DNA of 64,000 bases from Octopus vulgaris (taxonomy: Eukaryota). Positions 26,155-38,954 of the stretch are shown here, piece after piece. Position 1 is the first letter of the stretch. Each line of letters starts with the position of its first letter. Where the stretch lies: contig OX597815.1 in NCBI GenBank assembly GCA_951406725.2, forward strand, positions 105,586,001 to 105,650,000, read 5' to 3'. A model generated the notes under the pieces. The model was not told the origin of the DNA, ran no database searches, and was given only the letters and a program-made list of their open reading frames with translations. The position numbers and the translations under genes were made by a program.

Positions 26155-27100
26155 CGACGGTGAGCTGGCAGAATCGTAAGCAAGCCGCACAAAATGCTTA
26201 GCGGCATTTAGTTCGACTTCACGTTCTGAATACAAATTCCCCCGAGGTCTGCTTTGCCTTTAATCCTTTCCAGGTGGATAAAATAAGTATCAGTCGAACA
26301 GTGGGGTCGATGTAATTGACTAACTCCCCTCAATCAAAAACTACTGGGCCCTATGCCAAACTTTGAAACCATTATTTATTACTGTTTTGGTCTAAACGTT
26401 GTAAATTTCAGAAGTCTGCACTCAATAGCTCACAACGCCCAACAATTACATCAGGACACATACCACTGCTGGCAGGGACAGAGACCATCACATACTGCAC
26501 AGCCGTCTTTGACTTCGGTCAAAGCGAGCTATTATGGTTGCTCCATATGGGAGTTGACAAATTCCAGTTTCGTATATCCAAGTTTAAAATATATCATTAA
26601 GTTGTTTAAGCGCCATACAAAATACTTAGCGGCATTTGTTCCGACTCTTTAGGTTCTGAGTTCAAATTCCGCCAGGTGAACTTTGCTTTTCATCCTTTCG
26701 GGTATCGGTGATATAATGAGATCGATGTAATAAACTTGATTTTTCTTTCAAAATTGCTGGCCTTGTGTGAAAATAAATCTATATTATTATTAGAGCGGCG
26801 GGCCGGCAGAATCGATAGCGCATCGAACAAAATGCTTCGTACATTTTTTACAGTTCTTTACGTTTTGAGTAAATACAAACCTTCATTCATTCGAAGTCGA
26901 TAAAATAAATACCAGCTGAGCACGTACGCCGCACAAAATGCTTAGTGACATATCTTGCATCTTTACGTTCTGAGTTCAAATTCCTCCGAAGTCGAATTTG
27001 CTTCTCATCCTTCCGGAGTCGATAAAATAAGTACCAGTTGAGCACTAGAGCCAATGTTATCGACAAGCCCCCTCACCCACAATTGCAGGCCTTGTATCTG
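26155..27100 (+). mobile_element. Cluster of 3-4 diverged SINE family B copies
   Basis: Repeated aaatgcttagcggcat..ttctgagttcaaattcc..catcctt..gataaaataagta motifs. Confidence 0.75.
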
Positions 27101-27507
27101 TTGTATCATCATCATCAAGCCACACATTGAAAGTGCGTTTAAAGAGACCTTTATTCGTTTAGAATTACAGTATGTAAAAATATTCGTATAGTATCCTATC
27201 TGCATTCTCTGACTCACTTTTTCATAACTGTGTATGTTACCTTAATGTAAGTACTAATTAAATTCATTTGAATATTAACTGACCAGTGCAATTACTATGA
27301 TCTTGTGTGTATGTTCATACACTCTTCTTCTTTCAGTTTCCTGTCTTGCCAATAAAGAGATAGGCCCAGAAACAAATCGCCTTTACGGGAAGTTAAACGA
27401 CAGCAACTAGACAGTTATATAAATATATGTGCATATATTATATAAATATATGTGCATATATGTACATATACATATGTTTAAGTATATATAGTCAAGTGTT
27501 TGTGTAG

Positions 27508-27579
27508 TATATATATATATATACATTCGTATAATGTATGCAACATATGATGCATTAGATAATAGAACTATAAACTACA

Positions 27580-27626
<47 letters not shown>

Positions 27627-27679
27627 TCGTATAATGTATGCAACATATGATGCATTAGATAATAGAACTATAAACTACA

Positions 27680-27716
<37 letters not shown>
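27508..27716. repeat. Exact direct duplication of a ~60-bp unit bounded by (TA)n
   Basis: cattcgtataatgtatgcaacatatgatgcattagataatagaactataaactacatgca at 27524 and 27624. Confidence 0.95.
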
Positions 27717-27718
<2 letters not shown>

Positions 27719-29985
27719 CATGTAAGGAAATTTAAAAGATGTAACACTGAAAATATGTCTTCGTAAATGTACTTGCCATCTAATTTTCTATGCAACCAAT
27801 AGAGAGATATGTATGTGATAGAACTTTGGCTGTAATATTATCCTCATATCCCATAATGATGCAAATAATCACCCCTCTCATCCACCCATACTTACACATT
27901 ATTCTCCATCTGATAAATATATACCGTGGAAGCCGCTTATTTGAACAGTTTTAAACAGAGTCGGTTGATAAATGCAGAATATAACTTTTGTTAATAACAG
28001 CCGTTTGATAATATTATCCATGATTTAATCAACAGCTTTCACCGTACTATGAATAATATATTCCTCAAGATCATATTATAGGGCAAGTGTTTTACCCTAA
28101 CATATATTGTAAATGGATTTGTTCCATTCTATGATTGATTATTACTTCCATGCAAAATATCATTTAATTTGATGTGTGATCAACTATTAATACTTGTCAA
28201 TCTATTAATATAGAGCAATTCTAAGTGAGAAATCATTATTTATTAAAGTTAGAAATGATTACTATGCATAATTTGTAATATTCTTCTACGCAGATTCTAT
28301 AATCGATTGCAGCTTCCAGAGATGAAACCATTTTAACAGAATTTTTAAACAATATTGTCCTAGGAAGGTGTCCCATTTGTCTTCAGAAGCTTCAAAGGAA
28401 AATTTTAAATCCAGTAGCGATAAATTTACGGACAAAATATGTTTGAAATATAAAATGCCTCCACTTCCAGCAATGGATAGCCTTATGCCGCTCTACTGTG
28501 TCTATTAACAACTAGGTGGAACGGGCCATTGTAAGTTACTTGGCCTAGTACAGTACGTACTGATTATTGTGTACAAACCAACGATTTGACAGTTGATGCT
28601 CAATCAATTTTTCACTGTAATATAATATTAAAATGTTACTGCGCAATCGGAATTGCTTGTAATCCAAATGAGTGACGCCTCTTTATTGACGGCTCATCAA
28701 AGAGCTTCCACGTCATACTGTACCATAATGAGAAAAGTATTCATCTCTTCCCCGACTACAAATGTGCCTCAGAGAATACAACAGCGTGAACACCTTCTAG
28801 AGGACTTACGTATAATATGATTAAAAAGTATGAGCTTTTGGTGACTTTCTGAAAAGTACTATTTCTGCCACTATACATAATATTGAGTCTTATGAAACAA
28901 TTTTCGCGGCTTTTGATAAGGAGACTGCAACAAAAGACAAAGCAGAGGGTTTTGTAGAACAAAAGAATAAGAAGAAACCAGGAGTGCACAAAATTCCCCT
29001 CGATAAATAGTAGAAAGAAGAATGCAACTTAAAACAACGAGTTTTTGTTTTTCAGTCATTCGCTGTTTTCTGGGCAACCACAAGGCAGAAAAATTATGTG
29101 GCGAGACTGGTGAAGAAAATGGAATGTAGGATACTCGAAATTTCGTATCCTAGACGCCCAAATTGTTAAATTCAACATGGGAACGTACGCAGATCAAGGC
29201 AAGCGCTTTCACCAAGATATACTAGATTTTGAACCCAGCTACCAAAGAACGCACAATGAAAATATGATAGAAGACTATTTCGGGTGGGGTGCGTGGGATG
29301 TAGTTGAAATTGATTTAAATTAGAATCAAAAATCTCAAAATCTCCTCACGTCAACTCTGTTCACTTGTGTTCACAAAGTACGAATACATATTAAGCCTGA
29401 TTCCTATATTGTTCTTTTCTGACCTGATGTGAATAAGATTGTGCAAACTCGACCGTTTTCCTATTAGAAATATGTAAATTACAAACTATCATCTAGGAGA
29501 CGATAGCCATTTTCTATTCATTTCTAACACAAGCTATTAACAAATAACACTTACTGCCTAGGAAGAAACAACAAATTATTACCATTGCAAAAGACGAATA
29601 AAAATAATTTTATTAATCTGGCAAACACCCGTGAATAAATGATCATTTGTTTATAAAACTGCCATAAATACTACCACTTCTCCACCCCTAAGAAGTTATT
29701 TTATTTATAACAATTTTTTCTACTGTTTGTATATTGTCTTAATGATGACCATTAGTTGTTTTTCCATAACATGGCGCATTGGATGTTGTAAATAAATAGA
29801 CATTAGATTATAGTTTATGCATGACTTAATGAATGATGGCTTACAATTGGGAAGAAGCAATGTGTAATAAACAAATTCGCTTCACATATACGTGATTTCA
29901 GGATCAGTTTCATTGTGTTGTACTTTGAACAAATGTTTTCTATCTTAGCCTCGTATCGACTTTTTTGTAGAATTTGATACTTTGC

Positions 29986-30062
29986 CCTTATTTTTGACTT
30001 AATCCGTTGGCCTTATTTTTGACTTAATCCGTTGGCCTTATTTTTGACTTAATCCGTTGGCC
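29986..30062. repeat. 25-bp tandem repeat x3
   Basis: ccttatttttgacttaatccgttgg, three exact copies. Confidence 0.95.
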
Positions 30063-30126
30063 AATTTAGCACCATCACCTGACCCTTATGTTCTGTTATA
30101 GGAATTCATTCTGTTAGAGGTGTTAA

Positions 30127-30342
30127 CCATTTAGTATTCAGATTACTCTATCAAATGTAAGGCATATTTATTTACATTGTTTTCAATTAATCATGCATCA
30201 TTTCGTAGTTTTGAGATTTTGATGATGTGATTGTTTATATTTAGAATGACATTGTAGGATAGATGTGAGAGGCTAAATATGGCCGATTTCAACATAAATC
30301 AGAATATTCAGGCTGGATATGACCGGATTTAATCTTAAATGA
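30127..30342. mobile_element. piggyBac-type MITE
   Basis: TTAA on both sides (30123-6, 30343-6) with degenerate TIRs ccatttagtatt / aatcttaaatga. Confidence 0.5.
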
Positions 30343-31844
30343 TTAAAGGCCACGTCTCTGGACTCAGGATAACTTTCTACTGTCCTTCAGTCAGGAGGCC
30401 TCTTATAGGGACATGAACAATTTTCTCCCTCCTTTAACTAAATTATGTCGCCAAAAAGAAACTGACTTACTTAGATTGTTCATAACATAGAATTGTTGAA
30501 TTTCAAAAGTTTGTTTTCAGGAACCCTGAAGTAGTTTCAGTATATGTTTAGCATAACATAATTATCAACTCTGAAATATTGTTAGTTATCCTCAAAGGAA
30601 ATAGATAGACCAATGTTAGCCACATTCGATGCCTTGACAAAGCAGAGTTACTCAAATAGCCATAATTAAGGGACAAATGCCTGCTTAGTCTATTGAAGGC
30701 AGATTTGTTTATGTAGATTCGTTAGGACTAACCAAAACCCACTTTCATTTCGCTCACTTCTTACTCATTAATCACCATGTTTATTTCACAGTAGACTTAG
30801 AGGAACGTATTTAAGCAACATATATAATTTATATGTGACGTTCAATTACGTTATAAATCAATAGCTTTTTGCGATACACGTCTCCCAATTTTTAGCTCTG
30901 AGGGTTGACCGTTCAACTATTAAACAGTCTAGCATGTCAAACTCGGCATTCATTATTTTTCTTTTAACATGTGACCAAGAATCATATAGAACGTCCCTTC
31001 CAATTCCAATATACGACTATGTCCCTCCCTCAAGTTTTTAATTATTTCAGGGAAATCATCATAAATTTTAGGTCAGGCACTCCACAGTATTCGCTCTGTA
31101 ACTTGATTAGTTACTGTGGCTGTTCTGTTTAGATATATTACAGATTCTTACCCCCAAATTTCCTCAAACCATCCTAGAACGGAATGTTTACTATTCTCAA
31201 ATTTTGGGTGTTCATGCTACAGTGTAAAATATATACACGATACAAATTTACGGAAGCAAAGATTTTTTAGTTACTTCATATAGTTTTTGTTTAAGAACTA
31301 TAAAGTTGACCTGTTGTCTACAATGGTCAATTCCTATATATATATATTCAAAATACCCTATCATTAAGTTGTAGCTGCAAGTTTGTAAATTTATTGTTTA
31401 TTTGGCACCAAATGGCATCATCCTCCCCCACTTGTCCGATGTTTCTCCATAATCTGTTGAAGTTATTTTGAAGAAAGGTTGATCTATTTTTGGTAAGTTT
31501 TCCTATCATTTCCTGTCATTTCCGATCGATCTCGGTTGCACCCAATTGTTGTCCAATGGTAATTGTAATACAATACAATAACACATTCAATGTCCAAATA
31601 GAAGTTTCGATCTGTGCTAGGTGTACTTTAGCAACAAAATCGATCAAAGATAAAATCAAATTTTTAGGTTTTCTTCTGATTCTTATTATCATCATTTATT
31701 TCTCTGATTCTAGATTGTTGCTGCAGAAATTGAAGTCCTCACTCGATCTTTGCTGTGAGTTACGATTCTCAGTTGTTTACACACTTCGCACATTTTTTCT
31801 TGGCTTGTAAATTACCATCACGTGCAAGAACAATGTTCAGAATG

Positions 31845-32150
31845 ACGTGGTCATGTTATTGTTACTGTTGTTGTTATTGACGGCGGCGGCGGCGGCGGTG
31901 GCGGTGGTGGTGGCGGTGGCGGTGGTGGTGGTGGTGGTGGCGGCGGCGGCGGCGGTGGTGGCAGTGGTGGTTGCAGTGGTGGTGGCAGTGATGGTGGTGG
32001 TGGTGGTGGTGGTGATGGTGATGGTGGTGGTGGTGACGGTGGTAGTGGTAGCAGCGGTGATGATCATGATGATGACGTTGATGTCGCTGCTCCTATTCCT
32101 GTTGATGTTGCTACTGCTGCTTCTGTTGGTGATGTTAATTATGTTGTTGT
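31845..32150. repeat. (GGT/GGC/GAT/GTT)n compound trinucleotide repeat
   Basis: Visible directly. Confidence 0.9.
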
Positions 32151-33296
32151 CTATATCAATGCTTTTAACCCCAGGTTAAACAGCAAGTTATGGTATGCGG
32201 TATATATGACTGCTATTTCTCATAGGTAAACAGTTTATCATACATAGTTGACTCTGCTGGTTCATTCACATTCTATCTTCTCAACCAACATATACTGTTG
32301 CTGTAACTTTTCAGAGAAACAAAAATAGTTGAGACATGTTTTACATTCAGTACGTATTCATCCTTAATGTGAAAAAAACATTGATTTGTCTTTTAGTAGA
32401 CCTCTTCACAACAACGTAATTTCAGCTTTCATTCCTCCACGCCGCACATTGTCTCATACTACAAACTCTAGTTAACAAATACTTTGTGAGTTTAAATTAA
32501 AAGACAGAAACTGTACAGAAATTCATAAGCGCAGGAACGAAATTTGCTTAGGGGATGCAAACCCAAGTTCAATCGAGGATGTTCAAAGCGTTTTCGTTAC
32601 CCCAAGTAATTTCAGTTGGCGCTCTTGCATCCCTGTTCCCGAGTCTATGCAGAAGAGTGTGTGTACTTAAATGTGCCAATAGTGAAAGATACGCACGACA
32701 CGGAAATTACCGATAAAACGATCAGTCGAACAAAAATATCTTTACTCTGCCCAAGTTTGTACACATAATTTTTGTTGACCTCGCCATCGAAAATGCTTAG
32801 AACCTATGGTTAATCAGTTTGGTAAACTACGACCAAACTATTATCTTCAAAATGCTGGATATAAAATATATAATCACTCTTGGGAAAAGCTGATGATTTT
32901 TTTTTTTTATTCTGCGCAATCGCTTGAACTAGACAGAGTAAAAAACACACAAATGAAAGAAATCATTAGGAAGAAATATTTCATCGAGGCATGAAATTGC
33001 GATTTAAAGTAGTGCTAAATTTTTGAAAAAAAAGACGATAAAAGACATTACTGTCCGAGTAATAATCTATACAGCTATAATATATTCTTAACTGAACTCT
33101 AAGTAAATTAACACGACTAAGTAGAAAGACAAAGAAAATAATGACTGAATTTTAAAAATACGCCACTCAAAATATAAAGATCTCGAAACAGAGATAACCA
33201 GAATTTGGAGATTGAAGGCAGCAACAATTCTTAAATAATAGTCGGCATAGGAATGATAGCCCAAATCCTGGACCTTACAACAACAATTATAATAAT

Positions 33297-33465
33297 GGTT
33301 TCAAATTCTAGCACAAGGCCAACAACTTTAGGGGGCAGGATGGAGTCGAAAGGATGAAAGGCAAAGTCGAACTCAGTGGAATTTGAACTCGGATCGTAAA
33401 GACGGACAAAATGCCACTAAGTATTTTGCCCTGTGTGCTAACGATTCTGCCAGCACGCCGCCTTA
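33297..33465 (-). mobile_element. SINE family B, internally deleted
   Basis: gaaaggatgaaaggcaaagtcga..ggaatttgaactc..gattctgccagc. Confidence 0.75.
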
Positions 33466-33470
33466 ATAAT

Positions 33471-33505
<35 letters not shown>

Positions 33506-33522
33506 TAATAATAATAATAATA

Positions 33523-33578
<56 letters not shown>

Positions 33579-33583
33579 CACTA

Positions 33584-33620
<37 letters not shown>

Positions 33621-33649
33621 CATTATTATTATTATTATTATCATTATTA

Positions 33650-33698
<49 letters not shown>

Positions 33699-33703
33699 CA
33701 CTA

Positions 33704-33758
<55 letters not shown>

Positions 33759-33766
33759 CATTATTA

Positions 33767-33813
<47 letters not shown>
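33464..33813. repeat. (TAA)n abutting a long (TTA/TCA)n array
   Basis: Visible directly; strand switch at ~33523. Confidence 0.95.
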
Positions 33814-34044
33814 ACATCAGCAACAACAGCAGCAGTAACGACAACTACTGAGATTTTTTTATAAAGCAGACATTTGTGCAGATAACGTGTTACTTACACG
33901 CCATTTAACTGTTAGAAGCATTATTTCATCTCCTTAGAGAATTAGAATTTATTTAATTACGTCTGTCTTTATTCCTTCTGGGCTAGGATCTTGTCACATA
34001 CTAAATATTTGATTTTTCATATTTTTCACTTTCAATAGAAGTAC

Positions 34045-34104
<60 letters not shown>

Positions 34105-34261
34105 GGTAGAGATAAGCTAATAAGCTAGGAGAAAACTGGCAAACATGGCTCAAGACAGGGTTAGACGTGGGAAATATTATTTTACCACTATGCGTGTTCT
34201 ATAGATATACGTGAATCTATATGAAAATGTTTGTGTTTGAAAGAGTATGCATATGTATGCA

Positions 34262-34325
<64 letters not shown>

Positions 34326-34467
34326 TTAGGTATTGCGAGACTAATGATCCGGTATAGAACTCAATATATAGTATATGCGTGTTCCAGAACAAAGTCTTAG
34401 CTGAGTATAGAGCGGTAATAAGAAAGAGAGATGACAAAGGAAAAATAATTATCTTATGAACTTCATT

Positions 34468-34547
34468 AGCTTACACCTATTTCTGCTATAAGATGAAGTG
34501 TACTCGCAGTTGTGTACCTGAATAACACCTTATAGCTACGTCGGAGC
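34468..34547 (-). ncRNA. Degenerate hammerhead motif with long stem II in a PLE-like terminal repeat (34322-34600) abutting (TA)n
   Basis: Minus strand gct-ccgacgt-a-gctataaggtg...catcttatagc-a-gaaa-taggtgta-agc; 11-bp stem II intact, core and stem III mutated. Confidence 0.5.
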
Positions 34548-34758
34548 CCCGAATATGAAGTACAATTTATTTTGGAAAGAATTACATTTGCACCTATATA
34601 GGGAAAGGCATCAACAATGAGAAAAGTCAATGCAATGAATACAGTTGATCACTGTGGTCAGTGTAATTGACTAGCCTCCTCGCGAGAAAATTTCAGATCT
34701 TGTGCCTATAGCAGAAAGGATAGATATGCATATACATACATACACACACACACAAATA

Positions 34759-34849
<91 letters not shown>

Positions 34850-34886
34850 GTGTATGTATGTAAGTATGTATATATATATATATATA

Positions 34887-35265
34887 TCTCTATATAAACG
34901 GCAGTTTGTCTGTGTGTGTTTCTGTGTGTCTGTTTGGTTGTACCCTCACCCTGACCACTGCTTTCAACCTTTTCTGATGAAACTTGACACACACATAGCC
35001 CAATGTCATAATTCAAAACTAACGCAGCGAAAATTTTGAAAAGTTCCCCCAGTTCTGAAAAAATCGATAAATTCGACATGGGGTCGAGAATCAGAAACAC
35101 AAACCACAGACTGTCTAGGGGACGCAACTCGACCTTTTTTAACTCTCAAAAAAATTTACCATCATTTTTTTTCCATTTTTTTGCCATTTTTTGGCTATAA
35201 CTCTCTAAAAATGCTTTATAGTTATTTCCCTTACAAACCTGAGCAACGCCGGGCGATACTGCTAT
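34887..35265 (+). mobile_element. Non-autonomous Helitron-like element
   Basis: 5' TC-tctatataaa plus (TG/CTGT) repeats; 3' hairpin cctgagcaacgccggg then cgatactgCTA(t); same 3' end as 40465-40492, which ends in CTAG. Confidence 0.7.
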
Positions 35266-35478
35266 ATATATATATATATATATATATATAGATATATATA
35301 TATATACATACATACATACATACATACATACATACATACATAATACATACATACATACATACATACATACATACATACATACATACATACATACATACAT
35401 ACATACATACATACATACATGCATATATGTATATATATATATATATAAGCGAGAAAGAAGCAACAAGAATGGATAGGT

Positions 35479-35569
35479 TTTTAGTACAATCGTTTCATAC
35501 AAGGACAGGCTTTATTAAAAGTTGCAAAAATTGCAGCATATAAACGTGTCCCGTACTCATCAGCTAAAA
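35479..35569 (-). ncRNA. Type I hammerhead ribozyme, canonical core (left arm)
   Basis: Reverse complement of 36140-36230. Confidence 0.8.
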
Positions 35570-36139
35570 TACATGTGAGTTCTCTAGACATCCTAGTGGT
35601 TGAGGCTATACTCATGAAGTAATGTAGATAATTAAGTAACATAAACAGATTTCCAAAGTTCATTAAAGTTCTTTAAAGATGATGTACAGTCTTATCACAG
35701 AATTTTAAAAAAGTTTTAATAGCATTACAGAGAAGGTGACTTAATCCATGGTGTACATATGAATTTCCAGAGATATGAGGAGGGATTACATACTCACAGA
35801 CGACAAATTTATCCATTGCTAATCACAACGAGGTGGGTTTCAATTCCTGCTTATTAGCATTAGGAATTGAAACCCACCTCGTTGTGATTAGCAATGGATA
35901 AATTTGTCGTCTGTGAGTATGTAATCCCTCCTCATATCTCTGGAAATTCATATGTACACCATGGATTAAGTCACCTTCTCTGTAATGCTATTAAAACTTT
36001 TTAAAATTCTGTGATAAGACTGTACATCATCTTTAAAGAACTTTAATGAACTTTGGAAATCTGTTTATGTTACTTAATTATCTACATTACTTCATGAGTA
36101 TAGCCTCAACCACTAGGATGTCTAGAGAACTCACATGTA

Positions 36140-36230
36140 TTTTAGCTGATGAGTACGGGACACGTTTATATGCTGCAATTTTTGCAACTTTTAATAAAGC
36201 CTGTCCTTGTATGAAACGATTGTACTAAAA
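36140..36230 (+). ncRNA. Type I hammerhead ribozyme, canonical CUGAUGA/GAAA core, ~60-nt stem II domain
   Basis: Stem I ttttag/ctaaaa; ctgatga 36146-52; stem II gtacgggaca/tgtccttgtat; gaaa 36213-16; stem III ac-gatt-gt; GUA site ending at 36224. Confidence 0.82.
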
Positions 36231-36372
36231 ACCTATCCATTCTTGTTGCTTCTTTCTCGCTTATAATCACCCCACATTACTGTATTGTTAAAACCGTATA
36301 GTTTGTTTTGGTGCATCTAAGTTAGGTACCATATTCAAGTAAATTCATTGAAATTAACTTGAATCTTTATTG

Positions 36373-36407
<35 letters not shown>

Positions 36408-36410
36408 TAT

Positions 36411-36826
36411 ATGGGTACAGGACGTCACAAAACGTAAGCAACATGAAATACGAAGACAAACGTTGGAATGCGAACAAAGAGAGAAACAAATGGAAAACAA
36501 GACAAGTAACATAAAGTAGGATCCTTCATCCGTTGTCGGCTGTCCATCTACTCCTCATTTCGAGCAATTAACGACAATATGAGGCTTCGAAAGGTAGCTG
36601 CTCTCACGAACCAAAATAAAATTTGGTAACAAAAACAGGACAGTGGAGACATACAAGACACCAAACGAAAAGAAACATAGAGAGCCGTTAGGCCAGACGA
36701 GGTAAGGTAACGAACACTGGAGGAATATTGTCTTTGACAAGAGAAAAGATAGAAGAGGAGACAGATAAGAATGTGTCTGGTCTGTAAGACAAACTGGAAG
36801 AAAAGTAAGATGATCACGTGAGGATC
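36411..36826 (-). mobile_element. Probable PLE-type terminal fragment between (TA)n arrays
   Basis: Complex sequence bounded by (TA)n, T-rich on the minus strand like the other PLE ends; no intact HHR found. Confidence 0.35.
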
Positions 36827-38222
36827 ATATATATACATATATATGTATATACATATATGTATGTACATATATGCATATATATAATTTATATATATATATA
36901 TAAATTATATATATATATATATATACACACACATAGAACTGTATATGTATGTATGTACATGTAGGAGTTAAGTGTGTGCGTGCCTGTATTGCGTTACTGT
37001 ATGACTATGTATAAGAGTCGTTTTCTTTTTTTGTTTATTTGTATACTCAATCTAATTAGCACGTTTAATTCTTTCCAAAATCTGAGCTGTCGCTTTCCCG
37101 TTTTGATATAAAATATTCATAGTCCTTATATGTTTTTCTACCTTTTAGTTGTTTACCTATCTCTATTAAATTATATACTTCAATCAGTTCACATCCCTTT
37201 GTAGTATTTTTATAAGCTGTTTCTTTTTTGCTTTTGGTGGGGGGTTGTTTTTTGGGGTTTTGTTTTTGTTTTTTGGGTTTTTTTTTTTTGCTTTAATATT
37301 TGCCATCAATTTACTTATTTCAGTTTCGTGCGGGATACAACTTGTAATTCACTTCTTGTTCTTACAGATTTACTTACACTGAGTCTTCTCTTATCTTTAT
37401 AACTTTCCAGATCGATTGATAGCCAGAATCCTTAGAGCCTCGAACAAAATGCAGTACGTTATTTCTTTACGTTTTAGTTTCAAATTCTGCCGAGATCAAC
37501 TTTACCTTGATAGAATAAAGTATCCGTCAAAGTACTGAGTTAGACGGCATTGACTAACCCTCTTCCTTGAAATAACTTCTGGCCTTGTGCCTAAATCAAA
37601 AACAATTATCTACATAATTTTGCTATCCTCCCGCCTCAGGTATTCTATTTCTCAATTTCTTTCCTTTCCTCACCTTCCTGGTTTCTTCAGTTTATTTACC
37701 CATACCATTTTTCTACTTCCCACTACCTCAATCACTCTATACTTGTATCTACTTCATCAATAAAGCAGGTCTAACATCATTATATTTTACTCTCTCTTTT
37801 GATACAGAAGTTATTTCCCTCTACTTCTCTAAAGTAATTGCCGATGTAACTAACTATTGATTGGTTGATTGATTTCTCCAGTTATGCTTTACATCGTCTT
37901 CAGAGATAGAGACAGACAGAGAGAGAGTGGGAGAGAGGGAGAGAGGGAGGAGAGAGAGATGACATAAGAAGTTAAAGCCAAGCAATGGTAGCAGATAGTA
38001 AACATGATAAATGTTATATAGTCGATGGACGGCAAGTGATGACACAGGTTTAAACACATTCTCTCATACACGCACATTTCAGTCTGTCACGCACACATTC
38101 AAAAACAGACACGTACGTGCATTCATTCGCATATAGACATGCATATACACGTAACTACAGTTTAAGTAGAAAGATAAATTTGACAGGCAGTTGCTAGGAG
38201 TAGGTAAAGAAATCAGTTTACA

Positions 38223-38910
38223 GAAGCAAGATTTAAAATAAAAGGCAGTCTTTATATCGAACTTAACGTGGATGTTGCGTTCGAACATCGTTATTTACCT
38301 CGAAACGACCTCTCATATAGACGCATGGTGCATAGAAGCACTCATATTTATATCGTTGGCAGACGATATAATCATGTGATTGACAATTCTGGCATCAGTA
38401 GCAGACGGCACCAGTGCATCTATACACTTTGTGTCTGTATGAGAGGTCCTTTCAATGTAAATAACGATATTCTAACGCGACAGCTATGTTATTTGGATAT
38501 AAAGATTGCCTTTTGGTGTTAAATCTGCTTTTGATGCTATTAAATGCGTCAGATTTAGCTTTCTACTTATACTGTAATAACGTCCGCCAGTGGCATTACT
38601 GCCGAATTTCATTGTCAGTGATATATGAAATTTCGGTGATATTTCAGGTACTGGTGTAGCAAATCGCTAGCAGGCTGATTGAAATTTTTTTTATTAGTGA
38701 CAGAAACAGTGTTCATACGAAAAGCCAATCTTAATATCCAACTTAAACGTGGATGTTGTATCAGAACACCGAATACTGAGTAATTTACCTTGAAAAAAAA
38801 AAAAACCACTCGTATGGCCACATGAAGCATAGACGAACTCATAAGGTAAATAACGCAGCATTCGGTGTTCTAACACGACAACCACGTTATTTAGATATAG
38901 AGATTGCCTT
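38223..38910. mobile_element. Two related foldback/MITE-like elements (38223-38530 and 38720-38910)
   Basis: Each has long imperfect inverted arms built on aggca(g/a)tctttatatc..aacgtggatgttg..gaaca.cg..atttacct. Confidence 0.65.
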
Positions 38911-38954
38911 ATTATGTATCTGTGTGTGCGCGCGCGCATGCTTATTGTTTTTAT

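Larger units (their letters stand above)
35444..36265. repeat. Near-perfect palindrome: 405/404-bp arms with 13-nt spacer; probable inverted PLE pseudo-LTR pair
   Basis: 35444-35848 is the reverse complement of 35862-36265 (only a 1-nt homopolymer indel noticed); identical ORFs 35481-35663(-) and 36046-36228(+). Confidence 0.95.

Noticed and set aside
28250-29000. Possible piggyBac transposase relic (minus strand)
   Set aside because: Motifs too degraded to support by eye
29986-30062. CRISPR-like repeats (also 1891-2090)
   Set aside because: No unique regular spacers, no cas genes, eukaryotic context
31000-31560. Possible Tc1 transposase relic
   Set aside because: Weak similarity, no TIRs identified
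32524-32648. Small hAT-like MITE
   Set aside because: TIR match weak and no TSD evident
33411-33864. Long poly-Y/I/N ORFs and similar YI, CV, HT, LS repeat ORFs throughout
   Set aside because: Translations of microsatellites
34972-34985. ctgatgaaac and other isolated CTGANGA hits (13865, 46651)
   Set aside because: No stem II-GAAA-stem III arrangement
36046-36228. Duplicated 60-aa ORF as a gene pair
   Set aside because: By-product of the palindrome; overlaps the ribozyme and has no recognisable motif
36515-36595. Hammerhead in the 36411-36826 segment (cggatga, gaaa on minus strand)
   Set aside because: Core elements cannot be arranged into a consistent three-stem fold
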